A stretch of 32,000 nucleotides of DNA, from NCBI GenBank assembly GCA_021650915.1, contig CP091279.1, forward strand, positions 2,190,001 to 2,222,000, in the 5' to 3' direction. The translations under genes were made by a program, and so were the position numbers. The notes beneath the pieces were generated by a model. The model saw only the letters and a program-made list of their open reading frames with translations, ran no database searches and was not told where the DNA came from. This stretch comes from Candidatus Brocadia sp. (GTDB taxonomy: Bacteria > Planctomycetota > Brocadiia > Brocadiales > Brocadiaceae). This document shows, one piece after another, positions 1-10,854 of the stretch (the first letter of the stretch is position 1; each line of letters opens with the position of its first letter).

Positions 1-875
<875 letters not shown>

Positions 876-1198
876 AAGCAAAACTCCTTTAAAGAAAAGT
901 TGAAACTTTTAATGAACAGAGAAAATTCTATGTTAGATATAACTTTTTGTCAAATCAAAAGTTGGGTAAGATTTCCATAAAGCTTGCATTCTCCCTTACT
1001 CGTTGATAAAATTGTCATAAATTATGTTGTGTGATGCATTGCAACCAGAACAAGCCTCTCTATGATACCCAGAAAAAGGGGAAAAGCAGGGCGTGCTTCC
1101 ATTCTTTTGCATGTCCATGTCTTGTAAAACATATTTTTCCTTAAAAACAGGAATCGAAACGTATTTTGTTCCAAGAAACATCAGGAAGAGGGGAATCT

Positions 1199-2647
1199 AT
1201 GAATTTGAAGAAACTCTATTGGATGACAATTATTGCCACGTGGGGTTCTTTTTTTTATCCGCATGAAAGGGCTTTTTCTTCTGATGTCTATTTTGCGAAT
1301 CGGGAGATTAAAAAGCAAATAGTAAGCGCTATTGAAGGATGTCGCGACTCTATAGATATCGCGGTTTCTGATATCACTGCCCATGATTTTCTCGCTGCCC
1401 TCGTTAAGGCGCAGAAACGAGGGGTAACCATCAGGATGGTGGTTGGCAAAAAGCCCGCTTTCATGAAAGAAAGTTTGCCGGCCATTGACAAGGATGGGAA
1501 GGTTGTAATCAAGGTCTTGTCTCAAAAAGGAAGAAGGCAGAATAATTTTGTGATTTTTGATTCTCAATTGCTGGCAATAGGGTCATATCCCTGGAGAAAG
1601 AATGCTAGTAATTATAATCGCTACGATCTGATTATTACCGACGAAACGAAATTAGTGGTTAAGTATCAAAGGGAATTTGACCGCTTATTTCAGGAGGAAA
1701 GGACCGCAAGCGGAGGAGTGAATGCGGTTATTGAAGAAAAAAAGAAGGAGAAACCTGCAGATACGGACACATCAGACATTATTCCAAAGGGCATGGATGC
1801 GATAAATCAGACGGTAGCGCCGAATTATAAGGCGCTTCTACCAGAAACACCGGATGGATTGATTGCCATGAGTTTTGAAGACTTTGATAAAGTCTTTGGA
1901 ATAGCAAGCGAGTTATCCGATGAGCAAAAAGAACGCTTGTGGAGCCGGTGTGAGGGGAAAAGAGTAAAGTGGAATGGCAAAGTGGCGTATCTTGGGTGGG
2001 GGCTGATAACCGGGTGGATGATGAATGTAAAATACGAAGATACCGGTGTTGAGGTAAAGCTAAGCTCCGCCCATAAGGACCATTTTTCTCAGGTAAAATT
2101 CGGCAATACTGTGACTTATACCGGAAAGCTTACTGCACGGGTAACAAGGATATTTCCGTATAAACTGGAAGATGGTGATGTGCTTCACATTGAGAATACC
2201 CGCCCGCAGCCGGTGAGCGACAGCGAACTCGTTGAAGACCCATATACGGTGCCTGTTTCGCAAGGGCCAAAAAAAATATTCCTGGTAGAGTCGTTTGAGG
2301 ATCTGGACAGTATCTTTGGCAAAGAGAGTAAGGTATCCGAAGCGCAGAAGGAAATTGCATGGGGGAAATACAAGGGAAAATATGTCAGCTGGATGGGACA
2401 GATTATGTGTAAAAATGTAAATGTTGCTACTGGTTTGCGCATGGGAATGACGCAAAAAACAAAGGGGGATGTAGAGGTAAAAATCAGTTTGGCAAAAAAG
2501 GATAAAGTGTTAAAATTCCACGATGGTGAAACAATCCTTTATACGGGAAAATTGGTGGAACGGTGCGGAGATAGTACGCCGTATATTTTGGAAGACGGAG
2601 ATATCATGACGACGAAAGAGTCGAGCATGGGAATTGGTGGCATGTAA
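1199..2647 (+). CDS. Secreted PLD/Nuc-like (HKD-fold) domain protein with a degenerate catalytic motif, plus two copies of a ~110-aa C-terminal repeat
   Basis: The track ORF 1166..2647 starts at TTG. The ATG at 1199 is preceded by GGAAGAGGGG and gives the signal-like N-terminus MNLKKLYWMTIIATWGSFFY. AHDFLAALVKAQKRGVTIRMVV ... QNNFVIFDSQLLAIGSYPWRKNAS aligns to the Nuc/PLD HxKxxxxD..GSxN region, but with H->Q and K->N. The internal repeat is SFEDFDKVFG...YKLEDGDV versus SFEDLDSIFG...YILEDGDI. Confidence 0.75.
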   Translation: MNLKKLYWMTIIATWGSFFYPHERAFSSDVYFANREIKKQIVSAIEGCRDSIDIAVSDITAHDFLAALVKAQKRGVTIRMVVGKKPAFMKESLPAIDKDGKVVIKVLSQKGRRQNNFVIFDSQLLAIGSYPWRKNASNYNRYDLIITDETKLVVKYQREFDRLFQEERTASGGVNAVIEEKKKEKPADTDTSDIIPKGMDAINQTVAPNYKALLPETPDGLIAMSFEDFDKVFGIASELSDEQKERLWSRCEGKRVKWNGKVAYLGWGLITGWMMNVKYEDTGVEVKLSSAHKDHFSQVKFGNTVTYTGKLTARVTRIFPYKLEDGDVLHIENTRPQPVSDSELVEDPYTVPVSQGPKKIFLVESFEDLDSIFGKESKVSEAQKEIAWGKYKGKYVSWMGQIMCKNVNVATGLRMGMTQKTKGDVEVKISLAKKDKVLKFHDGETILYTGKLVERCGDSTPYILEDGDIMTTKESSMGIGGM

Positions 2648-2696
2648 TATCATGCGGGATTTTGTCGTATTTCGCGTTTAGCGAAGAGAGGTAGCC

Positions 2697-4529
2697 ATGA
2701 TGAAAAAAATGCTGATGGTACCGGCTATAGCATTCATACTGCTTGTTAACGGAAAAGACATAGTATGTGTTGCGGAAAGTTATGAAGCACTTATGGCAGA
2801 GGGGGATGCTTACGTTCGAAAACAGATGTATCAGGAAGCCCTTGGGGCATACGAGGATGCAATACGCCTGAAACCGGACGCTTTTGAGGCTTGGTGCAGT
2901 AAAGGTGTTGTCCTTGACTATTTTGGCAAATACCCGGAAGCCATTGTATCGTTTGAAGAGGCGATTAAACATAAGCCGGATTATTATGAGGCATGGTACA
3001 TGAAGGGAAGGTCTCTTGATCATGCTGGCAAATATGAAGACGCAATAAAAGCAGTTAATAGGGCACTGGAGATTAAACCCGACGATATGATGGCGCTCTA
3101 CAACAAGGGGAATGTGCAAGATCATATCGGTGATATTGAGGGTGCCATTGAGACCTACAACCGGATTCTCAGGATACGGCCAGATGAACACGAAGCATGG
3201 AATAACAAGGGGTTGGCTTTGGTAAAAATCCCTGAGAGGAGAAAAGATGCGCTGGAGGCATATGATAAGGCAATTGCAATTCAGCCAAAGTATTATGAAG
3301 CCTGGATAAACAAAGGAAACTGTTATGTAAGATTGCGAAGATATAAGGAAGCCGTTGATGCTTACGATAAGGCTATAGAGATAAAGCCCTCTGAACACGC
3401 AGCGTGGGCGGACAAAGGTTTTACGCTCGCTGATCTTGGCAATTATAAGGGCGCAGTAGATGCATTCAACAAGGCGATTGAATTAAAACACGATTCTTAT
3501 GCTGCCTGGAACGGGAAGGGGCTTGCCCTGGATGCCTTAGGCAGGTATGAGGAGGCGCTTGCCGCATATGAAAAGACCATAGCTATTCAACCGGACTCCT
3601 ACGGAGCATGGACCAATAAAGGATTGGCATTGTCCCGCCTCGGGAAATATGCAGAAGCCGTTACCGCCTATGATATGGCATTAAAAATCCAGCCAGACTC
3701 GTATGAAACTATGACGAACAAGGGATGTGAGTTGTTTAAATTAGGGAAACCGGATGAGGCAATAAAGGTCTTTGATGCTGCGATAAAACTCAGACCGGAT
3801 TATCCTCAGGTATGGAATAAAAAGGGATATACCTTGGCGCAAATGGGAAGGTTTACGGAAGCTGTGGCGGCTTTTGATAACGTATGCCAAATCATTACTG
3901 ATGAAGAAGCGGCAAACATACCGCGACAGGCAAAGCTCAAAAATGAAGCGCTGGTTGAAAAGGGGTATGCCCTCGTACAACTTCAGAAGTATGAAGAAGC
4001 AATTAAAACGTTTGACAAGGCGCTGCACATTAAGTCCGATGCCTTCGATGTATGGGTGTACCAGGGGATTGCTTTCAAACAATTAAAGAAATATTCAGAA
4101 GCATTACATGCCTTTGATAAGGCAGCGACGCTGAGCGGCAATGTGCATGAAGCGTGGAATTACAAGGGATATGTGCTTGAAGAAATGGGGAAAAAACAAG
4201 AGGCGCTTGAGGCATATACCAGGGCTATCCAGATTCAACCCGACTTTTTTGTGGCATTAAATAACAAAGGACTCTTGCTGGATACCATGGGTAATCATCA
4301 GGAGGCAATAGGGGAATACGACAGGGCATTAAAAGTAAAACCGGATTTTGATGCGGCGTGGTTTAATAAGGCGTGCGCTTACGCCTTGCTTTCAAATAAG
4401 GAAGACGCATTAATTTCACTCAAAAAAGCCATTGCGTTGAATCCTCAATACAAAGGCCTCTCCAGGACGAATCCTGATTTTGCCATCCTGGACGGTGATC
4501 CTGCATTTGAGCAGCTTGTGGGCAAATAG
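2697..4529 (+). CDS. Exported tetratricopeptide (TPR) repeat protein, about 16-17 tandem TPR units
   Basis: The 610-aa ORF has a hydrophobic N-terminus (MMKKMLMVPAIAFILLV). It then repeats a 34-aa pattern (AWxxKGxxLxxLGxYxEAxxAYDKAIxIxPD) along its whole length. Confidence 0.9.
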   Translation: MMKKMLMVPAIAFILLVNGKDIVCVAESYEALMAEGDAYVRKQMYQEALGAYEDAIRLKPDAFEAWCSKGVVLDYFGKYPEAIVSFEEAIKHKPDYYEAWYMKGRSLDHAGKYEDAIKAVNRALEIKPDDMMALYNKGNVQDHIGDIEGAIETYNRILRIRPDEHEAWNNKGLALVKIPERRKDALEAYDKAIAIQPKYYEAWINKGNCYVRLRRYKEAVDAYDKAIEIKPSEHAAWADKGFTLADLGNYKGAVDAFNKAIELKHDSYAAWNGKGLALDALGRYEEALAAYEKTIAIQPDSYGAWTNKGLALSRLGKYAEAVTAYDMALKIQPDSYETMTNKGCELFKLGKPDEAIKVFDAAIKLRPDYPQVWNKKGYTLAQMGRFTEAVAAFDNVCQIITDEEAANIPRQAKLKNEALVEKGYALVQLQKYEEAIKTFDKALHIKSDAFDVWVYQGIAFKQLKKYSEALHAFDKAATLSGNVHEAWNYKGYVLEEMGKKQEALEAYTRAIQIQPDFFVALNNKGLLLDTMGNHQEAIGEYDRALKVKPDFDAAWFNKACAYALLSNKEDALISLKKAIALNPQYKGLSRTNPDFAILDGDPAFEQLVGK

Positions 4530-4594
4530 TTATTCGCATGAGAAACGGGCGAAAGCTGCAAAGTACACTCATGGGGCAGTAAAAGGGTGTCTTG

Positions 4595-6052
4595 TCATAA
4601 TGTTTTCTCATCGTGCCTGTGGAAGGTGAGGATTATCATTTTTTGTGTGCTGGCAGTGACCTTTACCTTGTTGTCAACACAGATTCCCAGAGCACAAACG
4701 GGCTGATTATTCATTACAATGATAGGGATGGTATCCCGTTCTTTTACCGGTACTTTTTTATCAACGAAAAGGTCCTTCAGTTTTTTGTGTCCCTGGGTGC
4801 CTAACGGTGAAATCTTGTCCCCGTCTTTGCGCATCCGTACGGAAAGTGGCATGGTGATACGGTGAAAATCAAGGGTTTCCTGATTTCTTGGTTTCTGTTT
4901 TTTGTAGGTTTCCAGGGAGAAGTTTTGCATAGCTGAAATTTCAGCTATCAGGTGCCCCAGAGGATAAACAGGCGTTATTCCCGGTATTTGGACAAGGGTT
5001 TCTGATGTTGGTGTGCTTCGTGCGGAGACAAGCGCTTTTTGAAAATGAAGCATGCCGTGCTCGTGCCATAAGGATAGGTTCCCAGGTAATTGGAAATGAC
5101 GCCCTTTCCCTTTCCTGGATATTTCATCCAGTATCTTTGTGTAATGGTCATAGGTGATCGCGTTTAATGGGATCTGCAAGGTATTCAAAATTTCTCGTAA
5201 CACAAAATATTGCAAGACCCTGGGATATTGTGTTAAACAGCGGGTGTTAATAGTACACGAATCCTGCTTTTTTTCCACGGGTGAAACTGCCAATATTTTT
5301 TTTGCCTCCGTGACGAAAAACTCATTGTGGAGATTGAGGATTTGGCTTAGTTGTATGAGGAGATTTTTTATATTGGGATTGTAGTGGTTTTCCAATGAAG
5401 GAATTAATTCGAGTCGTATCTTATTACGGAGGTATACGGGTTTGTAATTGGTGGCATCTGTTCTGTAACTGCGTCGTTTTTCCTCCAGGTATTCGATAAT
5501 TTCCTTTCTCCAGATAAAGAGCAGGGGGCGCACGAGATGTATCGGCGAACCTGTGGCTAAGGGGCGTTTTAGGGGTATTCCGCTCAGTCCCAGGGTTCCC
5601 GTTCCCCGGATTAGCCGGTGAAGAATGGTTTCAGTGTTATCGTCCGCCGTATGCCCGGTTACTACGGCAGAGGCGTTATATCCTTGTGCCGATTCCAAAA
5701 AAAATTTATATCGCTCTCTCCGGGCGGTCTCTTCAATGGAACGCTTCGTTCGGATCGCAATCGTTTCGATATTGACGCTTTTCAGGATGAAGGGCAGGGA
5801 AAGTTCGTTCGACAAAGCTTGGACAAATTGTGCGTCCTCTTCCGAAGATTTTCCCCGTAGTTGATGATTAAGATGCGCTAAAAATAAACTGAGACAGAGG
5901 CTTTTCGCCGAGTTGAGGGCATGGAGAATTTTAATGAGAGCAACGGAATCGGGCCCTCCGGAGACTCCGACAATGATTGCATCATGAGGTTTTATAAGCT
6001 GGTATTTCGTTATGGTATGGAAAATCTTGTAAGAGAGTTTATCTAAGTGCAT
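4595..6052 (-). CDS. tilS: tRNA(Ile)-lysidine synthetase
   Basis: It carries the PP-loop motif IIVGVSGGPDSVAL and HTADDNTETIL. The C-terminal TilS substrate-binding region is DGDKISPLGTQGHKKLKDLFVDKKVP. The track start at 6088 is TTG, so the ATG at 6052 (MHLDKLSYKIF...) is preferred. The start remains uncertain. Confidence 0.88.
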   Translation of the reverse strand: MHLDKLSYKIFHTITKYQLIKPHDAIIVGVSGGPDSVALIKILHALNSAKSLCLSLFLAHLNHQLRGKSSEEDAQFVQALSNELSLPFILKSVNIETIAIRTKRSIEETARRERYKFFLESAQGYNASAVVTGHTADDNTETILHRLIRGTGTLGLSGIPLKRPLATGSPIHLVRPLLFIWRKEIIEYLEEKRRSYRTDATNYKPVYLRNKIRLELIPSLENHYNPNIKNLLIQLSQILNLHNEFFVTEAKKILAVSPVEKKQDSCTINTRCLTQYPRVLQYFVLREILNTLQIPLNAITYDHYTKILDEISRKGKGRHFQLPGNLSLWHEHGMLHFQKALVSARSTPTSETLVQIPGITPVYPLGHLIAEISAMQNFSLETYKKQKPRNQETLDFHRITMPLSVRMRKDGDKISPLGTQGHKKLKDLFVDKKVPVKERDTIPIIVMNNQPVCALGICVDNKVKVTASTQKMIILTFHRHDEKTL

Positions 6053-6162
6053 GACCAGAACTATATCTGGTTGGTTGGAGCATGTCAAGTTTAGAAATAG
6101 GTTGACTTTGGTTTTGAGGTTCGTAAAATATTCTCTGGGTATATTTTTTATCGAAAGACGCT

Positions 6163-6645
6163 ATGGACAGAGACAAAAAGTATGTCTGGTTTTCCCTCTC
6201 GGTACTTTTCATTTGCGCGGGAATATGCGCTGGTGTCAGGGACGTCTGCGGTGAGGCGTTAAAAAGAAACAAGGTATTGCCAATAAATGTAGCCGGAATT
6301 GAGTTGGAGATAGAGTTGGCAACTACCTCCGAAGAGCAAATTTTAGGTTTAATGTATCGTGATACTTTAGACGATGATGGAGGAATGCTCTTTGTTTTCC
6401 CGAAAGAGAAACATGTATCCTTCTGGATGAAAAACACGCGTATTCCCCTCTCTATCGCCTTTATTAAGGCAGATGGCCGAATTATGCAAATAGAATCCAT
6501 GAAGCCCTACAGTTTGGATTCCCACGTTTCAAGGGAAAAAGTCAAATATGCCCTTGAGATGAAAGATGGCTGGTTCCAAGCACGGAAGGTAAAAGAGGGT
6601 GATATCGTAAGGATACCACAGGCCTTTGATGGCAAGGGGGAATGA
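6163..6645 (+). CDS. DUF192 domain protein with N-terminal signal/anchor
   Basis: MLFVFPKEKHVSFWMKNTRIPLSIAFIKADGRIMQIESMKP...ALEMKDGWF matches the DUF192 (COG1430) pattern as I remember it. The N-terminal segment is hydrophobic (WFSLSVLFICAGICAGV). Confidence 0.75.
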   Translation: MDRDKKYVWFSLSVLFICAGICAGVRDVCGEALKRNKVLPINVAGIELEIELATTSEEQILGLMYRDTLDDDGGMLFVFPKEKHVSFWMKNTRIPLSIAFIKADGRIMQIESMKPYSLDSHVSREKVKYALEMKDGWFQARKVKEGDIVRIPQAFDGKGE

Positions 6646-6846
6646 AAGATAAAGGCATAATACTCCCTGAGAAAAGGGAAGAACGTAAAAATATTTTTGC
6701 AAATAATTGACAAGATACGGATGAGAAAAACTCTTTTTGACTATTGGCTATGAAGAGCGGAATAAAAAGCGCCGGTACAAAAAAGAAAACAACAGAGAAG
6801 AAAAATAAGCAATCTTAAACCTTTTCTTGCTATAGGTATTACAAAC

Positions 6847-7485
6847 ATGACGATGTCAGTGAGTATCATGAATGAGAAAGACGGCTCGGAGATGGTTTTT
6901 GTGCCGTCGGGTGAATTTATTATGGGTGAGGAAAGAAAGGTGGTTTCTATTGAGGCCTTTTATATTGATAAATTTCCCGTAACAAATTCTCAATATAGGA
7001 AATTTCTCGGAGAGGCAGGGTCGCAGGAACCTTTATTTTGGAACAATGAGCGATTCAATCAGCCAGCACAGCCAGTGGTGGGCATTAGCTGGAAAGATGC
7101 CGTTTCTTACGCAAAATGGGCAGGAAAACGGCTTCCCCGGGAGGTAGAATGGGAAAAGGCGGCGCGGGGAACTGATGGCAGAGAGTATCCGTGGGGAAAT
7201 ATACAACCGGATAGCATGAAAGCTGTTTACAATCAGGACCCCAATACGGGCGCCCCGGCGCCGGTTGGCAGTCGAAAAGAAGGGGTGAGCCCTTATGGTT
7301 GTTATGACATGGCAGGCAATGTTTGGGAATGGTGTGAAGATTGGTATGAAGAAGCAAAATTTCGCGTAGTCAGGGGAGGATCATGGCTCAACCATCATTA
7401 TATTCTGAGGAGCGCCTATCGGAGTTGCAGTTATCCCGAAGGAAAAGATAACAATGTCGGATTCCGTTGCGTCAAAGATGCGTAA
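6847..7485 (+). CDS. Formylglycine-generating-enzyme (SUMF1/FGE-sulfatase) domain protein
   Basis: Motifs seen: FYIDKFPVTNSQYRKFL, PVVGISWKDAVSYAKWAGKRLPREVEWEKAARG, GNVWEWCEDWY, RVVRGGSW and GFRCVKD. These are the classic FGE-sulfatase domain signature blocks. Confidence 0.85.
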   Translation: MTMSVSIMNEKDGSEMVFVPSGEFIMGEERKVVSIEAFYIDKFPVTNSQYRKFLGEAGSQEPLFWNNERFNQPAQPVVGISWKDAVSYAKWAGKRLPREVEWEKAARGTDGREYPWGNIQPDSMKAVYNQDPNTGAPAPVGSRKEGVSPYGCYDMAGNVWEWCEDWYEEAKFRVVRGGSWLNHHYILRSAYRSCSYPEGKDNNVGFRCVKDA

Positions 7486-7488
7486 TGA

Positions 7489-7932
7489 CTATCTTTTCAT
7501 GATCCCTAATGCTTTGAGTGATAAATGGATATCGTATTTCCCATCAAACTTGAATCCTTCGTCAAAGACCTTCTTGAGATCGTAACTATTTTTAAAGTCC
7601 TCTGGTGAATCAGTTTCGGTTTTCCCCATGAGACCGCTTTCTACCAGGTTAAAAACAATATTTCCAAAGTCTGCATCCTGTTTTATACCCCAGAGTTCGA
7701 ATACGGTTAAAGACATAAAACCGAATTGTTTTAACGCATATTTTCTGATACCCTCCATGAGTTGTTTGCCCGTTACATGGCGATCGGCATCCGTTGTTTT
7801 ATGCTGATTTTTGCCAAGCATGTTTGTGGTGTAGTCAAGGGCCTCAAATACAAATTGGTAAGCTTGCAAAGAATAGCGCGGGTCTTTCTTCATGATCTCT
7901 TTTATCTTGTGCCATGCCTTTGTCATATCCAT
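7489..7932 (-). CDS. Conserved hypothetical protein (resembles the PVC-restricted Minf_1886-type family; assignment from memory)
   Basis: This is a clean 147-aa ORF with globular composition. It is tightly packed 28 nt downstream of metG on the same strand. The YSLQAYQFVFEALDYT ... VTGKQLMEGIRKYALKQFG pattern is recalled from Planctomycetes/Verrucomicrobia hypothetical proteins. Confidence 0.6.
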   Translation of the reverse strand: MDMTKAWHKIKEIMKKDPRYSLQAYQFVFEALDYTTNMLGKNQHKTTDADRHVTGKQLMEGIRKYALKQFGFMSLTVFELWGIKQDADFGNIVFNLVESGLMGKTETDSPEDFKNSYDLKKVFDEGFKFDGKYDIHLSLKALGIMKR

Positions 7933-7960
7933 TACTCCAAAACTCCAAACATTAAAAAGG

Positions 7961-9511
7961 TTAAACGGATTCGATTCGTGGGAATAAAGGTTTCCCTCTT
8001 CGGGTGATGGTACCTTCCTGAAAATGCTCTTGAAATGCTAAACAAGGGGGCCGATCGTTTTCTAATATCCCAAGTTGTCGTTGAATTTCTGCAGCAGTTG
8101 TTGGCATGAACGGATAGATGAAAACAGAAATGTCTTTGATCGCTTGTGCCAGGGTGCCGATGACGGAGACAAGCTGCGGCCTTGACTCAGCGGTTTTCGC
8201 CAGCAGCCAGGGTTTCTTGTCTTCTATGAATTTATTCGCTTTGCCAATAAATTCCCAAATAATTTCCAGCGCTCTGCTAAACTGGAGATCTTCCATTTCA
8301 TGATCCATGGTATCACGGGCAACTCGTGATGCCATCATGAGTTCATCATCCGCACGGGGAACTTCAGGGATGATTCCCTGAAAATATTTTTCGATCATGG
8401 TTAAGGTGCGTTGCAAGAGATTGCCAAGATCGTTACCAAGATCAGAATTTATCCTCTGAATGAGAGCGCTGTACGAGAAATTCCCATCTGACCCAAAAGG
8501 AACCTCTCTCAGTAAAAAATACCGGTAAGCATCCGTCCCGTAAGACCGGATAATACTGTGCGGATCTATCGCGTTTCCCAGAGATTTCGATATCTTCTGC
8601 CCCTCAATTGTCCACCAGCCATGCGCAAAGATTTTTAACGGCAAATCTATTTTTAACGACATGAGTATTGCCGGCCAGATGACTCCGTGAAACCACAGGA
8701 TTTCTTTCCCGATGATATGAACGTTTGCAGGCCAGTACTTGTGAAATGTTTGCGGGTCGTCATCATACCCTAATGCAGTAATATAGTTCAGCAGGGCGTC
8801 AATCCAGACGTATATCGTATGCGTTGGATCCGAAGGAACGGGAATACCCCATTCTACGGCAGAGCGACTGATGCTGACATCTTCTATCTGAAATTTCATC
8901 CTCTGCAGTAATTCGTTTCTTCTCGACTCTGGCTGGACAAAAGAAGGGTGCTTATCATAATACTCAAGGAGATTTTTCTGATATTTCGACAACCGGAAAA
9001 AATAATTTTTTTCTTTTACTTTTTCAACCGCCCGGTTGCATTCAGGGCATTTTTTTTCTTTCAGCTGCGATTCGATCCAGAAACTCTCGCAGGGGATACA
9101 GTACCATCCTTCATATTCTCCCTCGTAGATATCGCCGTTTTCGTGGATTTGTTGAAAGATTTTTTTAACGCGACGGCAATGCCGTTCCTCAGTTGTCCGT
9201 ATGAAATCATCATGTGAAATATTGAGGTCGTTCCACAAGGTTTTGAATTTTTCTACCACGTCATTTACAAATTCCAGAGGAGATTTATTACCGGTTTGCG
9301 CCGCCTTTTGGATTTTTTGTCCATGCTCGTCCGTTCCTGTCAGGAACAACACATTAGAATTCCTGGCTCTTTTATATCGGGCCAGTACGTCAGCAGCGAT
9401 GGTCGTGTAAGAATGCCCGATATGCGGTATGTCATTAACATAATAGATCGGCGTGGTGAGGTAAAAGGTATTTTTACTCAAGACCACAATCCTTTTCGCA
9501 GAGATGATCAC
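7961..9511 (-). CDS. metG: Methionine--tRNA ligase, short form without the C-terminal tRNA-binding domain
   Basis: Seen: the HIGH motif (TTPIYYVNDIPHIGHSYT), the KMSKS motif (KISKSLGN), and zinc knuckles (CIPCESF / CPECNRAV). 9511 is a GTG that overlaps ricT by 38 nt. Comparison with other MetRS N-termini suggests a start at GTG 9487 or TTG 9481, so the start is uncertain. Confidence 0.9.
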   Translation of the reverse strand: MIISAKRIVVLSKNTFYLTTPIYYVNDIPHIGHSYTTIAADVLARYKRARNSNVLFLTGTDEHGQKIQKAAQTGNKSPLEFVNDVVEKFKTLWNDLNISHDDFIRTTEERHCRRVKKIFQQIHENGDIYEGEYEGWYCIPCESFWIESQLKEKKCPECNRAVEKVKEKNYFFRLSKYQKNLLEYYDKHPSFVQPESRRNELLQRMKFQIEDVSISRSAVEWGIPVPSDPTHTIYVWIDALLNYITALGYDDDPQTFHKYWPANVHIIGKEILWFHGVIWPAILMSLKIDLPLKIFAHGWWTIEGQKISKSLGNAIDPHSIIRSYGTDAYRYFLLREVPFGSDGNFSYSALIQRINSDLGNDLGNLLQRTLTMIEKYFQGIIPEVPRADDELMMASRVARDTMDHEMEDLQFSRALEIIWEFIGKANKFIEDKKPWLLAKTAESRPQLVSVIGTLAQAIKDISVFIYPFMPTTAAEIQRQLGILENDRPPCLAFQEHFQEGTITRRGKPLFPRIESV

Positions 9512-10343
9512 AGGCAGTTTCTTTTTGTCGCACAGAGTCTCTTACCTTGTCAATAATATCAGAAACTGATGTGCTAATCTTGCTTCCGTTCTCCAATTCA
9601 ATGGTAACCTGTTGTTGTAATACATCGTAACTAACAACCTCACCAATTCCCTGCGTAGTTTTGACAACAGAACCTTTTCTCGGCACCGTATATTTTAATT
9701 CTTCATAGACTTTGTCTTCATAACGCAAACAACACATGAGTCGTCCACATCGACCGGATATCTTGGACGGATCTAACGTGGCCTTCTGATTCTTCGCCAT
9801 TTTCATCGTAACAGGTTCGAGATTTTTCAGGAATGACCTGCAGCACAACTCCCGTCCACAGTGTTCGTAATCGGCCAAAAGTCTAGCTTCATCACGAACC
9901 CCGATCTGTTTCATTTCTATGCGTGCCTGGTATTCCTTTGCCAAATCTTTTACAAGCTCACGGAAATCTACGCGTCCGTTTGCAAGATAGTAGAAGATAA
10001 TTTTTTTGGTTCCAAAAAGGTGTTCAACGCTCGCCAATTTCATGACGAGATTGTGGTCTTTTATCTTTTTTTGGCAAAATTTGAATTCGGTGGGAATTAA
10101 CTCATCGTGGATTTTTTTCTGTTTTTCCCTGTCATCAGGGGTGGCTTTTCGCAAAATTTCTCCAAGATTTTCCGTTGTGGCATCATCGTTAATTTCTTTG
10201 ACTTTCGTGACTACCTCGCCAAACTCTACGCCCCGATGAGAACGAATGATAACCGAATCGCCTTTTTTGAGAGCGTCAAAGGATGTATAGAAATCGGATG
10301 TGTTTTTCAGAACACCGTATCGAATCGTTAGAATATGTCGCAT
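9474..10343 (-). CDS. ricT: PSP1 C-terminal domain protein (RicT/YaaT-like)
   Basis: It carries the cysteine-rich PSP1 signature EHCGRELCCRSFLKNLEPVTMKMAKNQKATLDPSKISGRCGRLMCCLRYE. It starts at ATG and its 3' end overlaps the metG start region. Confidence 0.85.
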   Translation of the reverse strand: MRHILTIRYGVLKNTSDFYTSFDALKKGDSVIIRSHRGVEFGEVVTKVKEINDDATTENLGEILRKATPDDREKQKKIHDELIPTEFKFCQKKIKDHNLVMKLASVEHLFGTKKIIFYYLANGRVDFRELVKDLAKEYQARIEMKQIGVRDEARLLADYEHCGRELCCRSFLKNLEPVTMKMAKNQKATLDPSKISGRCGRLMCCLRYEDKVYEELKYTVPRKGSVVKTTQGIGEVVSYDVLQQQVTIELENGSKISTSVSDIIDKVRDSVRQKETACDHLCEKDCGLE

Positions 10344-10391
10344 GAAGGTGTATGATAAAAGAGATGCATCCTGGCAACTACTTGGTTGTTA

Positions 10392-10420
10392 ATAATAACA
10401 ACTCTATCACGTCTTGTCAA
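10392..10420 (-). promoter_or_regulatory. Sigma70-type promoter for ricT-metG
   Basis: The minus strand reads TTGACA (complement of 10415-10420), a 17-nt spacer, then TATTAT (complement of 10392-10397). This lies about 50 nt upstream of the ricT ATG. Confidence 0.55.
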
Positions 10421-10854
10421 GTTTTACGGTCTTTTGGCCAGGGTAATGTCAAGGTCTGTATCGGCAAGATAGCAAGACAGGGAAACGTAGGGCAGGAAAG
10501 CTTATTAAACCAGTAAATAGTAGGCATTCATAGGAATGAAAACCAAATAAGGATGAATATTCAAATCCAATTTTTATAGAGAGGCGCCTATGAGATCATT
10601 ACCGATAAATGGTAAATCTGAATCTATGCGGAAATTTCTTTAGTGTCAGGAGTGCGCGAAAGGCAGAGAAATGGCCGGACATCATCACGATCTGTCGTTT
10701 ATCCGACAGGCATCCGGATTACGACCAGATTACATTAGATCTCTCACGCAGAAAAGTAGAATGGCAGGTGTTTAATACGACTGAAATGGTTTGCATAAAT
10801 CCTGCGTCAGCTTGTGCATCTGAATACTCAGGATATATCCTTTTCTTTCAGCAT

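Noticed and set aside
2604-3398. 264-aa minus-strand ORF, and other long antisense ORFs: 1181-1567, 2060-2455, 3741-4082, 6039-6500, 12151-12788, 14482-15051, 15959-16339, 20635-21094, 23963-24821, 25476-26237, 26528-27052, 28634-28972
   Set aside because: All of them lie entirely inside, and antisense to, genes with strong family signatures. Their translations are low-complexity or Cys/Phe/Leu-biased shadow sequences with no motifs or RBS.
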